NCBI GenBank assembly: GCA_044370415.1 | Contig: JBILVO010000006.1 | Span: 1 to 63,733, forward strand | Length of the DNA stretch: 63,733 bases | Direction of reading: 5' to 3' | DNA from: Pirellulales bacterium | GTDB lineage: Bacteria > Planctomycetota > Planctomycetia > Pirellulales > UBA1268 | Shown here: one piece after another, positions 19,526 to 27,943 of the stretch | Layout of the letters: each line of letters opens with the position of its first letter | How positions within the stretch are numbered: position 1 is the first letter of the stretch | The notes under the pieces: generated by a model | Databases searched by the model: none | What the model saw: only the letters and a program-made list of their open reading frames with translations | Told to the model about the DNA's origin: nothing | Translations under genes and position numbers: made by a program

Positions 19526-21301
19526 TCAGAGCTCCAGCCGGCGAAACGCCCGCCGGCCGAGTTCCAGCGGCACGGCCGTCCCCACCACGCCCAGGATGGC
19601 GACGAGGAGGAGGCTGGCCGCAGTCCCCTGCGGCCCGCCCAGCCAGCCGATGAATCCGGAGGTCACGGGCCGGCCGCCAAAGGCCTGCGCGGCCGCTGCG
19701 ATGTGCGTCGGCACAGCGGCCACGATGACGACCGCCATGATGTAGAGCGAGCTGAGCACGAGGCACAGGGTGCCCCCGAACCCGGAGGAGATCTTGGCCG
19801 GCGACGACTCCCGCAGATCGGGCATCCGGGCACCCAGCCCCACGGCGATCCCGGAGAGCCCGAAGCAGAGAGCGACGCAACAGAGCTCGTGTACGAGGAT
19901 CAGCGTCCGCGGGATGCCGAGCATCGAATCGCTCAGCAGCACCAGCCCGCAGCAGGCAGGCAGTCCGCCCACGAGCGCGAAGACGAACTTCGACATCACG
20001 ATCTGGTCGCGGTGCACGGGCAGGAGGCCGAGGATCCAGAACCGGCGTCCCTCGAGGCTGATCATCGGGAAGATGAACCGCGTGGTGAAGGTGGAGAGGA
20101 TCAGCCCCGCAACGGCGAGGTTGAGGAAGCTGATCATCGACGCGTACGTGTTGTTGTAGTGGAACGACCGCAGGTTCAGGAAATAGAGGCCCAGCAGCCC
20201 GAAGAAGATCACGAACTGCGACCACTGGGCGATGTCCCGGCGGAACAGCCGCAGATCCTTGACGATCAGCAGCCGCAGGGGCCGCCCGGCCGCCGAGCCG
20301 CAATTCGAGAGAAACTCGTCGAACCAGCCGCCGCGGGCCTGCTGCCGCCGGGACGGCACCTCGCCGGCGAGCTGGCTGTACCCCATCCGGTAGGTGGCCC
20401 GCGCCAGCCAGGCGGCGATCACCTGCAGCATCAAGCCGTTGGAGAGCAGCAGGGCCAGGAACTTGGCGGCCTCCACGAGGGCCGCCAGGCGGACCTCGGG
20501 CCGCGGGCTCGTCCGTGCCGCCTCGAGCAGGCCCGTCGACAGCCACCAACTCGGGAGAAACCGCTGTTCCATCACGCCCAGCTTGAGGAACATCCGCTCA
20601 AACCATTCCGCCGACGTGCCGTCGACGGGCCCGGATCTGAAGAGCGACCAGCCGAGCCAGGCGAGCGCCGCGCAGCCCGCCGCCGCCGCGATCGACAGCG
20701 TGTGCACCCGCAGGCGGCCCAGCCACGCCACCAGCGCCATGCAGAGGATGCCCCCCAGCGTCGCCGGAATGACGACGAACGCCACCATGAAGGGGAGCAG
20801 CAGCACGTAGAACGTCCAGGGGGCGCCGCGCACCACGCCGTAGGCCACGAGCATCGGGCTGCCCAGGAGCACGAAACCCCAGCTCGAGAACCACATCGCC
20901 TCCTGGAACTTGTGCGCGAAGATGGCTTCCGGCCTCACCGGCAGCGTGAGGAGCAGCCGCGCCTCACGGGAGCAGTACATGCTGCCGTAGAGAAGGATGC
21001 CCGTCGACAGCACGAGCATCAACAGCAGCGAGGAAAAAAACGCGTTGAACAGCAGCGAGATCACCTCGGCGTGGATGGAGTCGAGGAACGTGAACCCCTC
21101 GGCGAACAGCCCGTAGAGGGAGCCCCAGAAGACGAGGCTGAGCAGCGACACCAGGGTCAGCCGCAGCCGCGCCCCCTGCAGCATCGAACGCAGCGTCTCC
21201 CAGGCGATCGTGGCCCGCAGCCACCAGAACAGCCGCGACTCCGCCTCGAGCGGGATCGCCGTGCAAGATTCGCTGATCGCGCCGCGGCCGGGCATCGGCA
21301 T
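19526..21301 (-). CDS. Putative ABC exporter permease
   Basis: Many TM helices; LLLTLP, KDLRLFRRD, RFIFP.ISLEG..FW; follows an ABC ATPase. Confidence 0.85.
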   Translation of the reverse strand: MPMPGRGAISESCTAIPLEAESRLFWWLRATIAWETLRSMLQGARLRLTLVSLLSLVFWGSLYGLFAEGFTFLDSIHAEVISLLFNAFFSSLLLMLVLSTGILLYGSMYCSREARLLLTLPVRPEAIFAHKFQEAMWFSSWGFVLLGSPMLVAYGVVRGAPWTFYVLLLPFMVAFVVIPATLGGILCMALVAWLGRLRVHTLSIAAAAGCAALAWLGWSLFRSGPVDGTSAEWFERMFLKLGVMEQRFLPSWWLSTGLLEAARTSPRPEVRLAALVEAAKFLALLLSNGLMLQVIAAWLARATYRMGYSQLAGEVPSRRQQARGGWFDEFLSNCGSAAGRPLRLLIVKDLRLFRRDIAQWSQFVIFFGLLGLYFLNLRSFHYNNTYASMISFLNLAVAGLILSTFTTRFIFPMISLEGRRFWILGLLPVHRDQIVMSKFVFALVGGLPACCGLVLLSDSMLGIPRTLILVHELCCVALCFGLSGIAVGLGARMPDLRESSPAKISSGFGGTLCLVLSSLYIMAVVIVAAVPTHIAAAAQAFGGRPVTSGFIGWLGGPQGTAASLLLVAILGVVGTAVPLELGRRAFRRLEL

Positions 21302-21305
21302 CTCC

Positions 21306-22070
21306 TCACGCGCCCCGGGCCGCGCCGCCGGTACCGTCGCCGTCCTGCGGCGAGGCGGTGATCCGGAGGTAGAGATGCTCCAGGCTGGTCGTCTCCAGCG
21401 CCACCTGTCCACGCAGCTCGTCGAGCGTGCCGAGGAAGCGGAGGTCGCCGCGCACCATGATGCCGACGCGATCCGCCAGCTCCTCCGCCATGGCCAGCGT
21501 GTGGGTCGACATGAACACGATCATGCCCTCCTGCGTGCGGGCGCGGATGAGATCCTTGACGATCTTGACACTGCGCGGATCGAGCCCGACCATCGGCTCG
21601 TCGAGCACGAGCACCGCCGGATCGTGCAGCAGCGAGGCGGCGAACACGAGCCGCTGCTTCATGCCCAGCGAGTAGCTCTCGGCCAGTTCGTCGGCGAACT
21701 CCGCCAGCTCGAAATTCTCGATCTCGCGATCGATGTTCCTGACGGCCAGATGCCGCGGCATGCCGAACATGTCGGCGATGAACCGGAGGAACTCCCGGCC
21801 GGTGAGCTTGTCATAGAGCGTGGGCTCGTCCGGCACGTAGCCGGTGTGCAGGTGCGCCCCGCGCGGATCCTTCACGACGTCGCAGCCGCAGACCCGCACG
21901 GCGCCGCGGGACGGCCACAGCAGGCCCACGAGCATCTTGATCGTGGTCGTCTTGCCCGCGCCGTTGGGCCCCAGCAGGGCGAACAGCTCGCCTCGGGGGA
22001 TCGCCAGGCTCAGGTCCGAGACCGCCGTCTTCGCGCCGTATGTCCGCGAGACGTGATCGAACTCGATCAT
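21306..22070 (-). CDS. ABC transporter ATP-binding protein
   Basis: GPNGAGKTT, YSLGMKQR, LVLDEPMVGLD, STH motifs. Confidence 0.95.
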   Translation of the reverse strand: MIEFDHVSRTYGAKTAVSDLSLAIPRGELFALLGPNGAGKTTTIKMLVGLLWPSRGAVRVCGCDVVKDPRGAHLHTGYVPDEPTLYDKLTGREFLRFIADMFGMPRHLAVRNIDREIENFELAEFADELAESYSLGMKQRLVFAASLLHDPAVLVLDEPMVGLDPRSVKIVKDLIRARTQEGMIVFMSTHTLAMAEELADRVGIMVRGDLRFLGTLDELRGQVALETTSLEHLYLRITASPQDGDGTGGAARGA

Positions 22071-23029
22071 GTCGGCCCCTCCACTGCGGACGGCTCCTCG
22101 GCGGCGGCGTCCGCCGGCAGCTCGAGCCGGGCCGGCAGCTCGAGCCCGGACGGCTCGACTCCGATGGTGGAGAGCAGACGTTCCGCCGCCTCGTCGGTCC
22201 GGCGCATGAACACCAGCCGCGAGCCGAGCAGCACGGACTCCTGCTTGAGCACGTTGCCGCTGCGATCGACCCACACCCGGCACCGCGGCTCGTGGTGGCC
22301 CGCCGGATCGTCCCGGTAGTGCACCACGTTGACCCGCACGAGCGCGTCGCCCCAGTACAACGCCTCCTCGGCGGCCACGTGCGCGTGCAGGATTTCGACC
22401 GGCGCCTGCCCGGGCCGCAGCGGGCTGTAGACCGGCACGGTCCAGCGACGGTTCGGGAAGAGCCCCGGCAACCGGGCCTGCGGCGACAGTTCGTCGCCCA
22501 GCGAGATGTTGGTCGGCAGCCGCCGGCTCGTCGAGTAGTGCGCGTCACCGGCACTGACCAGCACGGTCACCTGCCCCTTGTCGATCATCCCGTTGAGGAC
22601 GACCTGTTCGGCGGACAACGGTGAGCCGATCACCGACCGGAACGCCCGCAGCGAGCCCGACGGGTCGATCGACAGATGCCCGCGGGCATCGAGGGCGCAG
22701 ATCGCCTTGGGATCGAAGCTCGGCCCGAGAATGAGCTTCGCCCAGGAGGGGAGGATGTCGTTCATCGGCAGACGGTCGAAGTGGAGCGTGTTCTCCACCT
22801 CCATGCCGCCGTCGTCCTCGCGATGCGACTGGCTCAGGGACCAGCCGAGCGGCTGGTCGTTCCAGTACACCGTCCAGGCGACAGGCATGCCCTGCGATGC
22901 ATGGAGCGACTGCTGTCCCGGCGGTGTCCCCGCGGCGAGCGTCGGCAGGATCTTCTCGAACAGCAGCCAGCCGCTGGTGGCGAGCCAGAAGAGGACGACG
23001 AAAGGCGTCAGCCAGGGTCGGACGAGCAT
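22067..23029 (-). CDS. Hypothetical membrane-anchored periplasmic protein in the ABC operon
   Basis: N-terminal TM helix; stop overlaps the ATPase start; host-like codon usage. Confidence 0.7.
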   Translation of the reverse strand: MLVRPWLTPFVVLFWLATSGWLLFEKILPTLAAGTPPGQQSLHASQGMPVAWTVYWNDQPLGWSLSQSHREDDGGMEVENTLHFDRLPMNDILPSWAKLILGPSFDPKAICALDARGHLSIDPSGSLRAFRSVIGSPLSAEQVVLNGMIDKGQVTVLVSAGDAHYSTSRRLPTNISLGDELSPQARLPGLFPNRRWTVPVYSPLRPGQAPVEILHAHVAAEEALYWGDALVRVNVVHYRDDPAGHHEPRCRVWVDRSGNVLKQESVLLGSRLVFMRRTDEAAERLLSTIGVEPSGLELPARLELPADAAAEEPSAVEGPT

Positions 23030-23255
23030 GTCGGCACCGCCTCGCACAACGCACGGGACCGCCACGCCGCCCGTGCAGTTCGTTCGACGGGGAAACGACC
23101 CGCGGAATATCCCTCGCGGCATCCTACCAGAGCACGCCGATGGCGGCGAAGCGGCTCGCACCGGCCACGGCGGCATCACGGCCGCGGAGTCGCGGCCGGT
23201 TTTCACGCTGCGGCCCAGTTTCACACGGCGAAATGCGCTGACCGAAAACGCAAGG

Positions 23256-23284
23256 TTGTACGGTTTCGATGCCCGGCGTAGAAT
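23256..23284 (+). promoter_or_regulatory. Putative sigma70 promoter
   Basis: TTGTAC-17nt-TAGAAT, about 75 nt before ATG 23361. Confidence 0.6.
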
Positions 23285-23360
23285 TCCCACCCATCCGGGG
23301 TGTGCTCGTGTGACGCTCGTCCGCTCGGAGCGACCGAAGCCCATCCTCCGAGAGCCGTCG

Positions 23361-23606
23361 ATGAACCATCCAATCAGCTACCACCAAAACTGCCCCGTCT
23401 GCGGCCGCAGTCTCCGGATCGGCGTGAGGCTGCTGGGCCGACGGGTCTACTGCCAGCACTGCGGGGGCGGCTTCATCGCCACGGAGGTGGCCGAGGGCCG
23501 GAAGGCTGCCAGGAGGAATGCAACGCCGCAGTTGGATGCCGTGGATGCGCTCATCGAGCGGGCCGAGATGCTGCTCGAACGGGGCGAAACCAACAGGATG
23601 TCGTAA
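23361..23606 (+). CDS. Small zinc-ribbon protein (81 aa)
   Basis: CPVCGRSL...YCQHCGGGF; upstream promoter. Confidence 0.75.
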   Translation: MNHPISYHQNCPVCGRSLRIGVRLLGRRVYCQHCGGGFIATEVAEGRKAARRNATPQLDAVDALIERAEMLLERGETNRMS

Positions 23607-23699
23607 GGCCCGGCCCCGCGTCTCGGACGGCCCATTCTCGAGCGGCCCGTCCTCGAGCTCCATGCTGCCCCCTGAGGCGAGTCTGCGTTCCAGCCAGGG

Positions 23700-24986
23700 T
23701 CACGTGCCGACGAGCACCGCCAGCCGTTCCCAGTAGTCGGGAAACGTCTTGCCGACGCAGGCCGGATCGGCCACCCGCACACCGTGCACGCGGAGTCCGA
23801 CCAGCGCGAGGCTCATCGCCATGCGGTGGTCGTCGTAGGTCGAGACCGTCGCCCCCGCCAGCCGCGCGGGCGAGATCGTGAGGCCATCCGGCCGCTCCGT
23901 GACGGCCCCACCGAGGCGACGCAGCTCGCAGGCGAGATCGCCGATCCGGTCGGTCTCCTTGTCGCGGATGTGGGTGACGTTCCGGATGGTCGTGGGGCCG
24001 TCCGCGAACAGCGCCACGACGGCGAGCGTCGGCACGGTGTCGCTGATCGCGTTCATGTCGATGTCGATGCCATGCGACGCCCGTCCGCTCACGGTCACCG
24101 AGCCATCCCCCTCCTCCGACCAGGCGACGCTGCACCCCATCCGCTCCAGGGCGTCGGCGAACCCCACGTCGCCCTGCATGCTGCGACGCGACAGCCCGTC
24201 CACGCGGACACTGCCGCCGGTGATCGCCGCCGCCGCGAGGAAGTAGCTCGCCGCCGACGCATCGGGCTCGATGGCATAGGTGCGGCCGCGGTAGCCGGTC
24301 GGCGCGATCCGCCAGCCCCGATCGTCCAGCGGCTCGCAGGAGCCGCCGAAGGCCTCCATCACCCGTCGCGTCATGTCGAGGTACGGCAGCGACACGAACG
24401 CGCCCGCGAACTCGATCTCCATCCCGCGAGGCGTGCAGGGGGCGATCATCGCCAGGCCGCTGGCGAACTGGCTCGACGTACCGCCGCGGACGCTCGTGGC
24501 GCCGCCGGTCAGCCCCCGCGTGCGGATGACCACGGGCGGGCAGTCGCCCGGGCTCTCGGCCACCGCGTCGACCCCGAGCGCCCGCAGCGCCGCGAGCAGG
24601 TCGCCGATCGGCCGCTTCCGCATCCGCGGCGTGCCGTCGAGCCGGTAGGTGCCATGCCCCACGGCGCAGACCGCCGACAGGAAGCGGATCGTCGTGCCGC
24701 TGGCGGCACAGTCGATCGTGGCCTCCGTGGCGGGCACGCCGCCGCCCGATCCGGTCACGCGGATTTCCCCGCGCTGCCAATCCGTGTCGACGCCGATGCC
24801 CAGTGCCGCCAGCCCGGCGGCCATGACGCGGGTGTCCTGGCTGTCGAGCGCGCCGGTGAGCAGGCTCTCCCCCCGCGCCAGGCCGGCGCACACCAGCGCC
24901 CGGTTGGTGATGCTCTTCGAGCCCGGCGGCCGGATCGAGCCGCGGATGGGATGTTGGCAGACTGGGATGTCGATAGCGTCGTGCAT
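23700..24986 (-). CDS. aroA: 3-phosphoshikimate 1-carboxyvinyltransferase
   Basis: PGSKSITNRAL, SGTTIRFL, SSQF, EPDASAASYF, RDKETDR, YDDHRMAM motifs. Confidence 0.97.
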   Translation of the reverse strand: MHDAIDIPVCQHPIRGSIRPPGSKSITNRALVCAGLARGESLLTGALDSQDTRVMAAGLAALGIGVDTDWQRGEIRVTGSGGGVPATEATIDCAASGTTIRFLSAVCAVGHGTYRLDGTPRMRKRPIGDLLAALRALGVDAVAESPGDCPPVVIRTRGLTGGATSVRGGTSSQFASGLAMIAPCTPRGMEIEFAGAFVSLPYLDMTRRVMEAFGGSCEPLDDRGWRIAPTGYRGRTYAIEPDASAASYFLAAAAITGGSVRVDGLSRRSMQGDVGFADALERMGCSVAWSEEGDGSVTVSGRASHGIDIDMNAISDTVPTLAVVALFADGPTTIRNVTHIRDKETDRIGDLACELRRLGGAVTERPDGLTISPARLAGATVSTYDDHRMAMSLALVGLRVHGVRVADPACVGKTFPDYWERLAVLVGT

Positions 24987-25056
24987 GGTCGTGGCCGCGG
25001 CAGGGGACCGGAGGGGACCATGGAGGACCCGTCCCGCGGACGGCTAGGATACCACC

Positions 25057-26292
25057 ATGCCACGACACGCAGACGAACTCGCGACCGGCTACGACTTCGC
25101 GATGCCGCCCATGATCCGGTTCGGCGCGGGCCGGATCGGGGAGATCGGCGAACTGGTCGGCATCTGGGGCCGCGAGGCCTGGATCGTCGGCGGGGGCCGC
25201 AGCCTCGTCGCCTCGGGGGCGAGCGACCGGATCGACGCCGCGCTCGCGGCCGCCGGCATCCCGCAGCGTCTCGTGGCCACGGCCGCGGGTGAGCCGACGG
25301 TCGACCACGTCGCCGGGGCGTTGGCGTCCCTGCCGCAGAGCGATCGGTCAGGCGTCGTCGTCGTGGCCGTAGGCGGCGGATCGACGATCGATCTGGCGAA
25401 GGCGGTGGCGGCCCTGGCGCCGCTCCTGCCTGCGGGTGCCGCTACGGACGGCCTCGACTCCCTCGTCGTCGACCACCTGGAGGGCGTCGGCCGCGGACTC
25501 GCCATCCGGCACTGGCCGCTGCCCGTGGTCGCCGTGCCGACCACGGCGGGCACGGGCGCCGAGGCGACCCGCAACGCGGTCATCTCCTGCCCCAGACGCG
25601 GATTCAAGAAGAGCATGCGCAGCCCGCTCATGGTGCCCCGCGCCGCGCTGGTCGACCCGGAGCTCACGGCCTCCTGCGATCGAGGCACGATCATCGCATC
25701 CGGCCTCGACTGCATCACGCAGCTCATCGAATCCTACCTCTGCCGGTTTGCCAGGCCGTTGCCCCGCGCGCTCGTCCTCCAGGCGCTGCCCGGGGCGCTC
25801 GAGGCGCTGCCCCGCCTGCTGACGCCGCCCGCCTCGCCCGCCGCGCACGGCGACGACCGCGCGGCCGCCCGCGCCGCGATGAGCCATGCGGCGCTCGTGT
25901 CGGGCATGGCCCTGGCCAACTCCGGCCTGGGACTCGCCCACGGGGTGGCCGCGGCCCTCGGCATCGCCTGCGGCACGCCGCACGGCCTCGCCTGCGCGAC
26001 GATGCTGCCGGCAACGCTGCGGGTCAACCGGCCCGCGTGCGGGCACGACCTGGCCGCCCTGGAACGGGCCGCCGACCCCTCCGCCCCGCCGTCGGACGAC
26101 GAGGCGGCCGACGCCTTCGTGGACCGGATCGACCGGCTGTGCGCTGACGCTCCGCGGCGGCTCGGAGAGATCGGCGTCCGTGCCGACCAGCTCGACTGGC
26201 TCGCGGAGAACTCCGGCGGCAACAGCATGCGGGGCAACCCGGTCCAGATCGACACCGCCGCGGTCCGCAAGCTTCTCGCCGGCATGCTGTAG
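25057..26292 (+). CDS. Iron-containing alcohol dehydrogenase family protein
   Basis: GEPT, GGGSTIDLAKA, VPTTAGTGAEAT, DPELT, GLGLAHG, HG motifs. Confidence 0.9.
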   Translation: MPRHADELATGYDFAMPPMIRFGAGRIGEIGELVGIWGREAWIVGGGRSLVASGASDRIDAALAAAGIPQRLVATAAGEPTVDHVAGALASLPQSDRSGVVVVAVGGGSTIDLAKAVAALAPLLPAGAATDGLDSLVVDHLEGVGRGLAIRHWPLPVVAVPTTAGTGAEATRNAVISCPRRGFKKSMRSPLMVPRAALVDPELTASCDRGTIIASGLDCITQLIESYLCRFARPLPRALVLQALPGALEALPRLLTPPASPAAHGDDRAAARAAMSHAALVSGMALANSGLGLAHGVAAALGIACGTPHGLACATMLPATLRVNRPACGHDLAALERAADPSAPPSDDEAADAFVDRIDRLCADAPRRLGEIGVRADQLDWLAENSGGNSMRGNPVQIDTAAVRKLLAGML

Positions 26293-26414
26293 CGGGGCGG
26301 CCGTCCCGGCGGCGGCACGGGCATCCATGACCTGTGTCGACCTGCGGAAACACCGCGGGCTTCCCCGGCCGACGCAGGTCGCATCCTGCTGCGGCAGACT
26401 CGTTCCGCGGTCTG

Positions 26415-27875
26415 CTAACGCCCTGCGGCCACAGCAGGTTCCCCGGCGAAGAGCGGGTCTTCACAGAGCGACAGCAACGCATCCACGTCGGCCCCCGCGT
26501 CGCGGGCCTTCTCCAGATGCTCGCGGGCCAGCCGCACTTCAGGCTCGTCCCGGGCCAGTTGGAACGCCGCGATGGCGAGGTCGCCGGCGGTGTCGTCGCC
26601 GAACCACACCGCCACGATGGCCAGCACGATCCCCGCCGGAATTTTCTCCCGGGCGACCGTCCGCGCCGGCCCCGACGCCCGGTAGACGCACTGCGTGTCG
26701 TCGAGCTTTTCGATGACGACGCTCCTGCCGCCGACCTCGTAGCGGGCCCCCGGCTCGACGGCGTCGAGGGCGGCTGCCCGGCCCTCGAGAAACCGGCCGT
26801 GGCTCTCGGCGAGCCGCTGCCAGCCGGCCAGCCTGTCGCGGGCCGGCGCCCCTCGGACGGCGGCCGCCGCGGTTTCCAGAAGCCGCGAGGCGGTGGAGTC
26901 CTCACCGGCTCGCAGCGCGGCGAGCACCTCGCCAAGCGTGCCGTCGAGCCGGCCCGCCTCCTCCGCCGCGGCCTCGTCCGACATGCCGGGAGCAGGCTTC
27001 GGTTTCGCAGCGTCCTTCGCGGCCGCCGCCTTCCCCTTCGGCGGATTCGTCGACCGCTGGTCGGGCTTCGCCGTCGGGACGTCCTCCTCGCGTGCGGCCA
27101 TCGTCGCGGGCGATGCGGTCACCTGCACCGCATCGGACGACGGGCTTCGCGGCCGCCGGGGCCGGGCCCGCGGCGGCGGCCGGTCGCCGTCGACGGCCGC
27201 GTCTGGTGCGGCGGGCGACCGCTCATGCCCCACGGCCTTCTCGTCGTCGTCATGATCGGCCTCGGCAGCGGCATGCTCTCGAGCGGCGTGGGCGACGCGG
27301 GCGGCCTGCTCCGGCTTCACCACCAGTGCGTAATAGCCGAGGCCCCCGGCCACCGCCGACAGGCCCACGAGCGCGGCCGCGACTCCCGCCACCGGGGTCT
27401 GCTTGCGGTAGACGGTCCTGCGGATGACGATCGGCGCGACCGGCGTCGATTCCGCCACCGCGCCCGGGGGCGGCGGTACGGGCGGCACGGGCACGGCTGC
27501 CCTCGGCACCGGCGGCGGAGCGGCCGGAATGGCAGGAGCGACTGGCATGGCGGGACGGGCGGCGGGCGGCGGGGCCAGCGTCGACGGCGCGGGAGGCGGG
27601 CGAAACGCGGGTGCCGTCGGGGCCGCGGCAGCGATCTCCGCCAGCACGCTCTCGCGGGCCGCCTCGACACGCTTCATGAAGCCCGTGCGGACGAACTCGA
27701 GCGATCCCGCCCGCGCGGTCCGCAGGCGGGCCAGCCGCTGCTCGGCAGCCCGCAGCACGACCAGCGGATCCCGCTCCTCCGGCGCGACGCCGAGCACGCG
27801 TCGATGGTCGCCGAGATCGGCGGCGTCGATTCCCAGCCATTCGCGGCAGGGATCCTGGGGGACATCGGAGGACAT
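26415..27875 (-). CDS. Planctomycete-type hypothetical membrane protein (N-terminal degenerate J-like segment, Pro-rich linker, one TM)
   Basis: DPCREWLGI..DHRRVLGV N-terminus, Pro-rich linker, central TM helix. Confidence 0.65.
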   Translation of the reverse strand: MSSDVPQDPCREWLGIDAADLGDHRRVLGVAPEERDPLVVLRAAEQRLARLRTARAGSLEFVRTGFMKRVEAARESVLAEIAAAAPTAPAFRPPPAPSTLAPPPAARPAMPVAPAIPAAPPPVPRAAVPVPPVPPPPGAVAESTPVAPIVIRRTVYRKQTPVAGVAAALVGLSAVAGGLGYYALVVKPEQAARVAHAAREHAAAEADHDDDEKAVGHERSPAAPDAAVDGDRPPPRARPRRPRSPSSDAVQVTASPATMAAREEDVPTAKPDQRSTNPPKGKAAAAKDAAKPKPAPGMSDEAAAEEAGRLDGTLGEVLAALRAGEDSTASRLLETAAAAVRGAPARDRLAGWQRLAESHGRFLEGRAAALDAVEPGARYEVGGRSVVIEKLDDTQCVYRASGPARTVAREKIPAGIVLAIVAVWFGDDTAGDLAIAAFQLARDEPEVRLAREHLEKARDAGADVDALLSLCEDPLFAGEPAVAAGR

Positions 27876-27943
27876 GGTCCGGGCGGGATGCGGGATGGAG
27901 GGTCGCGCTGGGCGCGGGAGTGTAGCAGATGTGCGGCCGAAGA

